A stretch of 64,000 bases of DNA, taken from the IMG/VR virus record IMGVR_UViG_3300021424_002547, positions 35,686 to 99,685 of that record. One strand, 5' to 3'. Every line of letters begins with the position of its first letter. Positions within the stretch are counted from its first letter, which is position 1. The notes beneath the pieces are model-generated. The model was not told the DNA's origin, did not search any database, and saw only the letters and a program-made list of their open reading frames with translations. Shown here one piece after another: positions 49,025 to 58,200 of the stretch. Source of the DNA: a virus. A program made the position numbers and the translations under genes.

Positions 49025-49650
49025 GTTTTACATTCGAATTTAAAAAAGAGCACCTATCTGAATTAATAGGAAAAAACCCCTATACAGATTATTGGTATAA
49101 CGCGATGTGTGAAATATTACCCGTATATGATATCAACACTCCGGAGCGTGTAGCAGCATGGTTGGCACAGTGCGCACACGAAAGCGGTTATTTCAAATTC
49201 TTAAAAGAGAATTTAAACTACAAAGCAGAAAGTCTGCTGAAAACTTTTCCCAAGTATTTTAAAACACTGGATGAAGCCAAGCAGTACGAAAAACAGCCAG
49301 AGAAGATCGCCAATCGTGTCTATGCCAATCGCATGGGCAACGGTGATGAGGCTTCGGGAGATGGATTCCGTTATCTAGGACGTGGTCTGATACAGTTAAC
49401 CGGCAAGAACAATTACACGTTCTTTGCTGCCAGCATCGATACACCTTTAGAACAGGTTCCTGAATATCTACAGACATTCGAAGGCGCCGTGCAGAGCGCC
49501 TGTTTCTTTTGGGAACAAAATGGGCTGAACAAATTCGCTGATAGCAGAGATATAGTCACTATGAGCAAGCGTATCAATGGTGGTACTATCGGCATGGAAG
49601 ATCGTCTTATGAAATACGAAAAGTGCCTTAAGATGTTTGGAGTAAAATAA
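49021..49650 (+). CDS. GH19 endolysin
   Basis: AQCAHES, ENLNY, YANRMGNG, YLGRGLIQLTGKNNY, RINGG. Confidence 0.92.
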   Translation: MSFTFEFKKEHLSELIGKNPYTDYWYNAMCEILPVYDINTPERVAAWLAQCAHESGYFKFLKENLNYKAESLLKTFPKYFKTLDEAKQYEKQPEKIANRVYANRMGNGDEASGDGFRYLGRGLIQLTGKNNYTFFAASIDTPLEQVPEYLQTFEGAVQSACFFWEQNGLNKFADSRDIVTMSKRINGGTIGMEDRLMKYEKCLKMFGVK

Positions 49651-50150
49651 TGTTTGGGATAGGAGGTGCCATCAAAGCGATAGTAACGCTGATCATAGTG
49701 TTGATAGTGGCTGCAGGTGGTTATTTCCTAATCAATCTCAAAGCCGACCTCGCCATAGCCCAAGAAAATAGTCGTAAACTCGAAGAAGGAGTTCGACTAC
49801 AGAATGAGGCCATGGCACAGATGAAGGCTGATCAGGAAAAAATCAAGGATCTCAATAATGAACTTAATACCACAATTAAGTTACAAAACAAAGATATGGA
49901 GAACCTCAAAGACCGCTTCAGCACCAATGCTGCAGGTGAAAAAAGAGACTTTGGTAAAACCGCCGCTGCTAAACCCGCGAGTTTAGAACGTGCTGTTAAC
50001 AGAGGAACTATTAACGCACTGCGTTGTTTAGAAATCGCTTCAGGAGCGCCTTTGACAGAGGCAGAAAAAAATGCAACCAAACCAAGTGAAATCAATCGTG
50101 AATGCCCCTCGTTGGCTCACCCTAACTACAAGCCTGCTGCTGGTCAGTAG
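49650..50150 (+). CDS. Inner-membrane spanin (Rz-like)
   Basis: N-terminal TM plus long coiled coil, directly after the endolysin. Confidence 0.7.
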   Translation: MFGIGGAIKAIVTLIIVLIVAAGGYFLINLKADLAIAQENSRKLEEGVRLQNEAMAQMKADQEKIKDLNNELNTTIKLQNKDMENLKDRFSTNAAGEKRDFGKTAAAKPASLERAVNRGTINALRCLEIASGAPLTEAEKNATKPSEINRECPSLAHPNYKPAAGQ

Positions 50151-50505
50151 TCTCTCTGGCTGTGCCAGTTTCGACTTCTTAGGCAAGCGTGAGAAGCCTA
50201 TCGAGATCATAACCAAGGCTGCTGACAAGACACCATTAGATATAGCACATCCCGATCCACTGAGACTCAAACCTGTAGAATGGGTAGTGATGACTCCTGC
50301 TAACCAAGAAGAGATATTCAAAAAAATAGAAGAAAAAGGCACAGATCCAGTAGTATTCGGTCTCACACCGGACGGATATCAAGCATTGGCTGTGACTATT
50401 GCTGAACTGCGCAATATGATAAACACACAGCGTAATATCATAATCAAATACAAAGAATACTACGAGCCCAAAAAAGAGCAAGCGAACACAGAAGCAAAGA
50501 AATGA
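50071..50505 (+). CDS. Outer-membrane lipoprotein spanin (Rz1-like); true start may be GTG at 50086
   Basis: Lipobox-like LLLVSSLSGC; overlaps the 3' end of the i-spanin in another frame. Confidence 0.7.
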   Translation: MQPNQVKSIVNAPRWLTLTTSLLLVSSLSGCASFDFLGKREKPIEIITKAADKTPLDIAHPDPLRLKPVEWVVMTPANQEEIFKKIEEKGTDPVVFGLTPDGYQALAVTIAELRNMINTQRNIIIKYKEYYEPKKEQANTEAKK

Positions 50506-50726
50506 CAGACAATGACGAGATCAAAGAACTAGGCTGGTTTGCTCGATTATTTAGAAAAAGGGCGAAACTGACCTATTGGCTTGATCAACAGGCCTATGTA
50601 ACCGAAGTGTGTCATTTTAAAGAAATCTCTCCAGAATGTATCGTGTTCAGCGACTATTATACGAAAAAGAACACTATGGTGAAATATCAAAACAAGATAA
50701 CTTATGTCTTGGAACAGACTAAGTAG
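50502..50726 (+). CDS. Hypothetical protein
   Basis: ATGA coupling. Confidence 0.5.
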   Translation: MTDNDEIKELGWFARLFRKRAKLTYWLDQQAYVTEVCHFKEISPECIVFSDYYTKKNTMVKYQNKITYVLEQTK

Positions 50727-50734
50727 GAGAAGAA

Positions 50735-50965
50735 ATGGGTTGGTTTCGTAGCATATTTACAGACGGCACGGACGACGGAATCAGCAGCAAACGTGTGGTA
50801 ACCATATTGGCATTTATCATGTGTTCGGCAGGATTTATTGGTGATTTATTCTGGGATTTAGATGTTAAGGATGTTATATTTGAATCAATGATGTATATAG
50901 TTGTAGCAGGACTAGGGTTTACAGCATCGGAAAAATTTTCAAAAAATAAGAAGGATGGTGAATAG
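50735..50965 (+). CDS. Two-TM membrane protein, holin candidate
   Basis: SSKRVV before TM1; basic C-terminus; AGGAG RBS. Confidence 0.5.
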   Translation: MGWFRSIFTDGTDDGISSKRVVTILAFIMCSAGFIGDLFWDLDVKDVIFESMMYIVVAGLGFTASEKFSKNKKDGE

Positions 50966-51021
50966 GTTGATTTTTAATGAATTTTTTGTTAAATAAAGTT
51001 GTAGTTTTAATAGGAGCGAGT

Positions 51022-51273
51022 ATGAATTCTGACAAAAGTCTAGCGAGATGGATGATATTACTAATACTTTTGCCTATAGGTCTAGCGGCATTCAGCGGAG
51101 ATCGTTTCCGTTATCCCTGTCAGGATCCTGCCAATTGGGATAAAGCAGAATGCCAAAAACCTAGATGCGAGGTAACAAGGACATGTCCGGAACATATTTT
51201 TAAAGGTGAAGGACCCTCGGGAACATCGGCCCCAGTTAAAACAGCCGTGGTTGGAAAAAAGGAATGTAACTAA
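51022..51273 (+). CDS. Small secreted or membrane Cys-containing protein
   Basis: Hydrophobic N-terminus; RFRYPCQDP..ECQKPRCEVTRTCPE. Confidence 0.6.
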   Translation: MNSDKSLARWMILLILLPIGLAAFSGDRFRYPCQDPANWDKAECQKPRCEVTRTCPEHIFKGEGPSGTSAPVKTAVVGKKECN

Positions 51274-51800
51274 TGGAAAAAATAGATCTTAAAGACGGAA
51301 AAGAAATGTTCATATATACAGAAGAACAGTTAATGGCTCGACTGAAATTTTTTATAGGTATCTGTCTAGCACTAACACTGACGGGTATCGTGTTTGTGGT
51401 GCTTTATTCGCTGATATTTGTTACACAGCCGATGAATGCCATAGCTCCTATAGATCAAAAGTTTTTTGAGCTGATCATACCTATCGCTACATTTTTAACA
51501 GGTACCCTTTCAGGAATCATGCTGGCAGGCAATGACAAGGATGCAAGGATGGAGGCACTGAAGGCTGCCAACAGAGGCGGATCACCTAGCCCTAGTCCTA
51601 GCATACCAACTCCCAGCCTAGGAGGTGGTGGTTTTTCTGCTAACGCCAATATCGGTGGCGCTAATTTTAGTTTTAATAAATCTGCAGCACCGTCCGCAGG
51701 GGCATTTACTCCTGCGGCACCGACTGCATCGTTCGCAGCACCTAAGATGAGCAGCACCGGTAAACCTATGCCTGTCTTAGAAGATGATGAAGAATTATAA
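51273..51800 (+). CDS. Two-TM membrane protein with Pro/Ala-rich tail, holin/antiholin candidate
   Basis: Two TM helices; low-complexity C-terminus. Confidence 0.55.
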   Translation: MEKIDLKDGKEMFIYTEEQLMARLKFFIGICLALTLTGIVFVVLYSLIFVTQPMNAIAPIDQKFFELIIPIATFLTGTLSGIMLAGNDKDARMEALKAANRGGSPSPSPSIPTPSLGGGGFSANANIGGANFSFNKSAAPSAGAFTPAAPTASFAAPKMSSTGKPMPVLEDDEEL

Positions 51801-51810
51801 GGAGAAAAAT

Positions 51811-52044
51811 ATGTTTAAGAAGATGATTTTCGCAGCAGGTTTAGCATTAGCCGTTTCCATGCCTACTTATGCCGACAAGCATGAAAAGAAAGCAGAACCA
51901 GAAACCAAACAGGTCTGCGTAGATGTGCAGGGCAAGGATGGTAAACCAGTAATGGATCCTAAGACCAACAAGCCCAAGCAAAACTGCGTCACAGTCAAAG
52001 TACGTGAAAAATTCGAAGGTACCAAAGTTCCTGAGAAGAAATAA
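51811..52044 (+). CDS. Small secreted protein
   Basis: Signal peptide MFKKMIFAAGLALAVSMPTYA; two Cys; AAGGAG RBS. Confidence 0.6.
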   Translation: MFKKMIFAAGLALAVSMPTYADKHEKKAEPETKQVCVDVQGKDGKPVMDPKTNKPKQNCVTVKVREKFEGTKVPEKK

Positions 52045-52071
52045 TTTAAACTCAGTAAATCTGTAGTAAAT

Positions 52072-52100
52072 AAAAGGACTGCTTAATGTAGTCCTTTTTT
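52072..52100. terminator. Intrinsic terminator, possibly bidirectional
   Basis: AAAAGGACTGC-TTAAT-GTAGTCCTTTTTT hairpin with A and T tails. Confidence 0.8.
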
Positions 52101-52115
52101 ATTATAGAAAATACT

Positions 52116-52958
52116 ATGGACTATTACTCTACTTTAGGTGTTAATAGAAACGCCACCCAAGACGAAATTAAAAAAGCGTATCGCAAGATGGCTATGAACC
52201 ATCATCCTGATCGCGGTGGAGATGAGAAAAAATTTAAACAGATTTCGGAAGCCTATGAAATCTTAAGTGATCCTCAAAAAAAACAGATGGTAGACATGGG
52301 TATAGATCCCAAGAGACAACCGCAAGGTAATGGATTCGGACAAAACGGTCCTTTCGAGTTTCATTTCAATGCTAACAATTTTGATGATATATTTGGTGGA
52401 TTCGGATTTGGTGGATTCGGACACAGACATGTTCAAAGAAACAAAACTATCAGCCTCATGGTGGATCTTACATTAGAAGATGTCTTACAAGGTAAAAATC
52501 TAGATGCAGAAATAGCCATACCTGGAGGAAGGAAAAAGATTATTAATATCGTGATACCGTCTGGAATAGAAGAAGGACAACAGATAAGATATCAAGGAAT
52601 GGGAGATAATAGCATTTCTAACATACCTCCCGGAGATTTAATAGTTAATGTTAGAATCATGCCGCACGGAATGTTTCGACGAGAAGGCGATAACCTAATA
52701 CTAGAAAAATTCATCTCAGCATGGGATGCCATGTTAGGAACAAAAATAGATATTTCTACACTAGACAACAAGTCATTAGAAATCGCTGTACCGGCAGGTA
52801 GCCAGCCCGAAACAGTATTAAGTTGCAGAAACGAAGGATTGCCAAATATGCGTAGCAAGTTAAGAGGTAATCTTTTAGTAAAAATAAAAATTAAAATACC
52901 AAAAATTACATCAACTAAACAGAAAGATCTCGTAGAACAATTGAAAAATGGATTATAA
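52116..52958 (+). CDS. dnaJ: Class B J-domain chaperone (DnaJ/CbpA-like)
   Basis: HPD motif, G/F region, C-terminal domains, no Zn finger. Confidence 0.92.
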   Translation: MDYYSTLGVNRNATQDEIKKAYRKMAMNHHPDRGGDEKKFKQISEAYEILSDPQKKQMVDMGIDPKRQPQGNGFGQNGPFEFHFNANNFDDIFGGFGFGGFGHRHVQRNKTISLMVDLTLEDVLQGKNLDAEIAIPGGRKKIINIVIPSGIEEGQQIRYQGMGDNSISNIPPGDLIVNVRIMPHGMFRREGDNLILEKFISAWDAMLGTKIDISTLDNKSLEIAVPAGSQPETVLSCRNEGLPNMRSKLRGNLLVKIKIKIPKITSTKQKDLVEQLKNGL

Positions 52959-53442
52959 ACTAGGACCGCATCAAAGCCTTCAACAAGTAAGCACTTCTTG
53001 GGATTTTTCTCGAGACGGTGATTCTGAAAAATTAGAATCTGATCTATGTTATTTTATGCAGAAACATATGGGTATAGGTTTAGCCGCTAATCAAATAGGT
53101 ATTGCTAAACAAATTTTTGTAATGGGCAGCGATAATATTCCGGGATTTCCTAAACCCTTCGCAGTTTTCAATCCAAAAATAATCAGCACAGATCAAGAAA
53201 AAGAAATCTTCAAAGAAGGATGTCTGAGTTTCCCTGGACTTTGGTTGAACGTAAAAAGGCCAAAAAAAATAATAGTGGAGTACCAGAACAGTCGAGGAGA
53301 CATCATAGAAGCAGAAATGGACGGATTAATTTCTAGATGCTTTCAGCATGAATTTGATCATCTCAATGGTATATGTTTCGTTGACATCGTTAGTCCCTTG
53401 AAGTTAAAATTAGCAATACAAAAACTAAGGAAACAAAAATAA
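52948..53442 (+). CDS. def: Peptide deformylase
   Basis: [22 protein letters not shown]. Confidence 0.95.
   Translation: MDYKLGPHQSLQQVSTSWDFSRDGDSEKLESDLCYFMQKHMGIGLAANQIGIAKQIFVMGSDNIPGFPKPFAVFNPKIISTDQEKEIFKEGCLSFPGLWLNVKRPKKIIVEYQNSRGDIIEAEMDGLISRCFQHEFDHLNGICFVDIVSPLKLKLAIQKLRKQK
53381..53410 (+). promoter_or_regulatory. sigma70-like promoter upstream of clpA
   Basis: TTGACA-N18-TAAAAT. Confidence 0.45.
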
Positions 53443-55772
53443 TGATAGAGCCCAGCCAGCACCTGCATAATATCTTTAATACCGCCGTTGAAATAGCCAA
53501 GCAGTTAAATCATGAGTACATCACTATAGAACATCTAGTCTATAGCATCATGAGTGATCAAGAATCGTATGACATGATTTCTAACTTTGGGGCCGATGCT
53601 AATTTTATTAAGACCAATCTAGATCATTATCTAAAAAATAACCTCAAAGAAATCATCTCACAATCTCAGGTAAAGAAACCTAAAAAAACCACTAGTGTTG
53701 AACGTGTGTTGAATCGATGTTTTACACAGGTTTTGTTCAGCGGCAGGCAACGCATGGAGATCGCAGACGTTATTATCAGTGTACTGGCTGAAAAAAACAG
53801 TTTTGGTTATTATTTTCTAAACAAAGGCGGTCTGACTAAAGAAAAATTTGTGAAATATTTCCAAGAAAATGTTATCATAGAAGAAGAACAAGAAAGTATT
53901 CCAGCGACCACGAACAATCAGATAGAAAGAATTCTAAATCAATTCTGCACGAACCTAACCTTACAGGCTAAACAACGTAAGATTGATCCGGTGATAGGAC
54001 GAGACGAAGAATTAGAAAAAATCCAACTGATTCTAGCACGTAGAAATAAATGCAATGTGTTAATGGTAGGAGAACCCGGAGTAGGCAAGACTGCGATCGC
54101 AGAGGGGTTGGCTCGAAAGATTTTCGAGGACAAGGTTCCTAAATTTATCAAAGACCATACAGTCTATACTTTAGATATATCAGCATTATTAGCCGGGTCA
54201 AAGTATCGTGGTGACTTTGAAGAACGAATCAAAGCCGTATTCACCGCACTAGAAAAAAAAGGTAAGATCATTTTATTCATCGACGAAGCACACATGATGC
54301 AGGGTGCAGGGGCCGCTAATCAATCAAGCAACGATATGAGCAATATGCTAAAACCCATATTGACCAAAAAGTCTATGAAAATCATAGCGTCCACTACCTG
54401 GGAAGAATATCGAAAGCACTTTGAAAAAGACCGTGCTTTGATGCGTCGTTTCCAGCGTGTGACCATCGATGAACCCAATGAAGAACTAACTATTAAAATC
54501 TTAAAAGGATTGAAAAAGTATTATGAAAAACATCATGAAGTAAAAATTACCGATGCTGCTATAGATCAGGCTGTGAAACTTTCTATGAAATACATGTCAG
54601 ATAAAAAACTGCCAGATAAAGCCATAGATATCTTAGACTGCGCAGCGGCTCGATATAAACTTAAAGATGACGAAAATATGGAAGGTGTAGAACAGATCGT
54701 AGATATAGAACAGGTTACCTACGAACTCAGTAAGATGATCAACATGCCATTAGAGATTGTTGCTCAGAAAGAAAGCAAAAATCTTTCTGATCTAGAAGGA
54801 AATATGAAATCATCAGTTTTGGGTCAAGATGGAGCTATTGATACACTGCTAGATAAAATATTCGTCAGCCAAGCAGGAATGAAATCACCTAACAAACCTG
54901 TTGGAAGTTTTCTATTCCTAGGACCTACTGGCTGTGGAAAAACTGAAACTGCCAAACAATTAGCAGAAAAGATGGGAATGCAATTAGTTCGATTCGACAT
55001 GAGCGAGTACCAAGAAAAACACTCGGTGGCTCGTCTGATCGGTGCTCCACCGGGCTATGTAGGATACGAAGATAATTCCGGTCAACTGATCACTAAATTA
55101 CAAGAATATCCCAATTGTGTGTTGCTGCTAGATGAAATCGAAAAAAGCCATCCTGATGTTTCTAACATCTTGCTGCAGTTTATGGATAACGGTTTCGTCA
55201 CAGGATCGAATGGCAAACAGGCCGATGGTCGCAACTGTATCCTTATCATGACCAGCAACTTAGGTGCCCGGGACAACGAAAACAACACCATCGGGTTCGG
55301 CGAACTTGAGCGCGAAGGAGAAGATGATAAAGCTATTAAAAAGTTTTTTGCTCCGGAATTTCGCAATCGACTAGATGCAGTAGTGAAATTTGGTAGATTA
55401 AACATCGAAACTGTAGAAAAAATCGTACATAAATTTATCAACGATTTAAACTTCCAACTTAGAGACAAGAATATTGAAATAGTAGCAGATGATAATTCTG
55501 TTAAATGGTTGGCAAAAAACGGATATGATCGAAAAATGGGAGCCAGACCGTTAGCCAGATTGATCGATAATAAAATAAAATCACCGTTGAGTAGAAGGGT
55601 TCTGTTTGGCGATCTCGTCGACGGCGGAAATATACACATCCAACTATCTGGAGAAGAAATCACTTTTACCGTCACTGAACGGGCGAAACCGTTAACAAAA
55701 CAACAGAAAAAATTATTAAAGAGAGGATCTCCTTTAGTGATGGAAGAAAAAATCGAAGATGCACAAACATAG
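53442..55772 (+). CDS. clpA: Clp protease ATP-binding subunit
   Basis: Clp N-domain; two AAA+ modules ([16 protein letters not shown]); IGF ClpP-docking loop; no ClpB middle domain. Confidence 0.93.
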   Translation: MIEPSQHLHNIFNTAVEIAKQLNHEYITIEHLVYSIMSDQESYDMISNFGADANFIKTNLDHYLKNNLKEIISQSQVKKPKKTTSVERVLNRCFTQVLFSGRQRMEIADVIISVLAEKNSFGYYFLNKGGLTKEKFVKYFQENVIIEEEQESIPATTNNQIERILNQFCTNLTLQAKQRKIDPVIGRDEELEKIQLILARRNKCNVLMVGEPGVGKTAIAEGLARKIFEDKVPKFIKDHTVYTLDISALLAGSKYRGDFEERIKAVFTALEKKGKIILFIDEAHMMQGAGAANQSSNDMSNMLKPILTKKSMKIIASTTWEEYRKHFEKDRALMRRFQRVTIDEPNEELTIKILKGLKKYYEKHHEVKITDAAIDQAVKLSMKYMSDKKLPDKAIDILDCAAARYKLKDDENMEGVEQIVDIEQVTYELSKMINMPLEIVAQKESKNLSDLEGNMKSSVLGQDGAIDTLLDKIFVSQAGMKSPNKPVGSFLFLGPTGCGKTETAKQLAEKMGMQLVRFDMSEYQEKHSVARLIGAPPGYVGYEDNSGQLITKLQEYPNCVLLLDEIEKSHPDVSNILLQFMDNGFVTGSNGKQADGRNCILIMTSNLGARDNENNTIGFGELEREGEDDKAIKKFFAPEFRNRLDAVVKFGRLNIETVEKIVHKFINDLNFQLRDKNIEIVADDNSVKWLAKNGYDRKMGARPLARLIDNKIKSPLSRRVLFGDLVDGGNIHIQLSGEEITFTVTERAKPLTKQQKKLLKRGSPLVMEEKIEDAQT

Positions 55773-56430
55773 TATCACTAAAAAGAAGTTCTACGGAAAA
55801 TGGTTGTATAAGGCCGCACTAAAGATTCCCGGTGTGGCTATTCTCCGTGCGAATTCATTAGATGGTGCCATCGAGTTATTGAATAAATGTTTCTCAGATG
55901 ACCATACTAGATATCATTATTATAAAAAAGCCTTTGCTAACAAAGAAGATATGACTAATTTGTGTCAGTATCTCAAATCTTTAAGCGCAAATGATTGGTA
56001 CAAAAGGATCGAAAGAGATAATATAGATCTCTATACGAATGATCCAAAAATTCACAATTATCTTGTTAACAGATTCCGACACATATTGTGTTTGGTCAGC
56101 GAACCAGACATTTCTAGAAAGGATGAATACGAGGATACTCATCACATACTTTGCAAAAAATTACCTCACGATCGTTACAGATATCGCATCTATCTCAAAC
56201 CGCACAATATGCATGGTGATAAATCGGCCAAAAAAAATTATATCGATTGGTTAGAAACTCAAAATAGCGTTCTAATATCTCAAGCGGTCAAAAAATGGTT
56301 CATTGTCACTGATTGGAATTGGGATCCTAGATATATTTTAGTAGAAGATCATAAAACGCTGCTGTTTTTACACATGAGAAATTCAGAAGTTCTAGGAAGG
56401 ATATATGAATATATATTATCCGATAAATAA
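55759..56430 (+). CDS. Hypothetical phage protein
   Basis: Intact ORF overlapping the clpA stop. Confidence 0.6.
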   Translation: MHKHSITKKKFYGKWLYKAALKIPGVAILRANSLDGAIELLNKCFSDDHTRYHYYKKAFANKEDMTNLCQYLKSLSANDWYKRIERDNIDLYTNDPKIHNYLVNRFRHILCLVSEPDISRKDEYEDTHHILCKKLPHDRYRYRIYLKPHNMHGDKSAKKNYIDWLETQNSVLISQAVKKWFIVTDWNWDPRYILVEDHKTLLFLHMRNSEVLGRIYEYILSDK

Positions 56431-56433
56431 GAG

Positions 56434-56802
56434 ATGCCCATCGAAAACACAGTATTATTGTCAAACATAAGCACAGAATCAACTCCCGGAATCTTTTCTT
56501 ATGGAAGCAAAAAAAAGGCCGCTGGTTATCACAAAATCAGTGATGGGCTGCATACAGCGATTTATACCGTGAACAGTTTTTCCGGGACCATAAAAATACA
56601 AGGTACTCTAAATCTGTATCCGGGGGACAGTGATTGGTTTGATATCGATAACACAGAAATAGGTGGAGATAGTTCTGAGATAGGCGGAGCAGATGGATTA
56701 AATTTCACAGTCTCCCGTAATTTTACTGGCAATTTCCTTTGGATCCGTGCAGCATACCACTTAGAGAACGGTATCATAGTAGATCTTAGGTTTAGTTACT
56801 AA
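56434..56802 (+). CDS. Small beta-rich probable virion protein
   Basis: DGLHT, FSGTIKIQGTL, NFTGNFLWIRA; TAAATA-N4-ATG. Confidence 0.55.
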   Translation: MPIENTVLLSNISTESTPGIFSYGSKKKAAGYHKISDGLHTAIYTVNSFSGTIKIQGTLNLYPGDSDWFDIDNTEIGGDSSEIGGADGLNFTVSRNFTGNFLWIRAAYHLENGIIVDLRFSY

Positions 56803-56846
56803 AAAAATATTCACGATAAATATAGTATCACCTCGAGGGAGATACT

Positions 56847-57863
56847 ATGAGAGACCTTTTATCAAAATTAGACGCCATAATCAGCGAAACAGCACTGAAT
56901 CCTAAAGATCCTAAAGCAGACTATGCTGCAAAGAGCAAAGCACTTGACGATCTAGAACGGGATGGACAGACCGATAAAAGTGCCATACAACAGCGAAGAT
57001 TAGATCTAGACAAAGAAGCCAAAACTAAAAACGTCAAAGAAGACACCGTTTTCGAAGTAGGTGACGATTTCGGTATCAGTTTTTCCAAAGATCTCGAAAT
57101 AGCCACAGAAATCGTGGGTTTCGTAGAAGATGGAATCGTTATCGATCTAGATGAACAGGCCCTAGCTGTGTTGGAATCCGAGGGGCTGCTGTTTCTAGAA
57201 GGTGAGTTAGTCAACGAAGAAAAACAAAAAGGTGTTGACGGCAAAGTCTGCTGGAAAGGCTACAAGCGCATGGGCACCAAAATGAAAGGTGGCAAACGTG
57301 TAGACAACTGCGTCAAGGTAGGTGAAGATAATGATGTAGATGAAAGCGGTCTACAATATTACACAGGCAAAAAGAAATACGGCAAAGATGGCATGGCAGC
57401 ATTAGCACAAGCAGGTCGAAAAGGTGCTTCTGAAGAAGAACTAGGGCGCATCAAAGACAAATACAAAAAAGAAGATACAGATATCGAAGAAGCAAAATAT
57501 CCTTTTGCTGGTGCTAAGGTAGGACAAAAAGAAGGTCCTGCAGGACAGTTGAAAGGCAAAGATCCTGCAGGTTATCCTAAAGGAAAACTAGTAGGTGGTG
57601 AAAGTATAGAAGAAGGCATGGACGAAGCCAAATATCAAGGTAGAGAGGTTCCTCTAGGTAAGAAAATGGCCGGTGATGTAAAGAAATCAAAAGTTTATGT
57701 ACGCAAACCAAATGGTAATATTGTCAAGGTAAACTTCGGCGACAAGAAGATGCGCATCAAGAAATCCAACCCCGCTCGTAGGAAATCATTCCGTGCCCGT
57801 CATAACTGTAAAAATCCTGGTCCACGTTGGAAAGCACGTTATTGGTCATGCAGGTCTTGGTAA
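56847..57863 (+). CDS. Modular probable internal head protein ending in a DUF6321-like domain
   Basis: Modules bounded by xxE sites (ISE, VKE, VNEE, VGE, IEEA, MDEA); CWKGY..GTKMKGGKRVDNCV module; KSFRARHNC..ARYWSC C-terminus. Confidence 0.65.
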   Translation: MRDLLSKLDAIISETALNPKDPKADYAAKSKALDDLERDGQTDKSAIQQRRLDLDKEAKTKNVKEDTVFEVGDDFGISFSKDLEIATEIVGFVEDGIVIDLDEQALAVLESEGLLFLEGELVNEEKQKGVDGKVCWKGYKRMGTKMKGGKRVDNCVKVGEDNDVDESGLQYYTGKKKYGKDGMAALAQAGRKGASEEELGRIKDKYKKEDTDIEEAKYPFAGAKVGQKEGPAGQLKGKDPAGYPKGKLVGGESIEEGMDEAKYQGREVPLGKKMAGDVKKSKVYVRKPNGNIVKVNFGDKKMRIKKSNPARRKSFRARHNCKNPGPRWKARYWSCRSW

Positions 57864-57864
57864 T

Positions 57865-58200
57865 ATGAAATTATTAGAAATGTTTAGTCCCATTGGGGCT
57901 CCTAAAGACGATCAACAAGATATTGATTGGTTAGAAGATCTTAAATTTTTTATCGACAATGACGATAAGATGCTCAATCAATTTTTCTTTCCTGCTATAA
58001 AAAAGCACAAGGAGCATCAAGGAAATCCTAATGCATACAAACTGTACATCAGACCGTTGAGTAAATGCAAAGAAGCCTATTGCAAAAAATTTGAAATCGA
58101 GCAACCGGAAGAAAAATTTACAAAAGAAAAGATTATCGAACTAGCCAAATATATCGCTTCAGAACAAGAAAACTTTTTGAAAAAAGGCGATTATAATTAA
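57865..58200 (+). CDS. Hypothetical protein with MKLLEMF N-terminus
   Basis: ATG 1 nt after the previous stop. Confidence 0.6.
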   Translation: MKLLEMFSPIGAPKDDQQDIDWLEDLKFFIDNDDKMLNQFFFPAIKKHKEHQGNPNAYKLYIRPLSKCKEAYCKKFEIEQPEEKFTKEKIIELAKYIASEQENFLKKGDYN

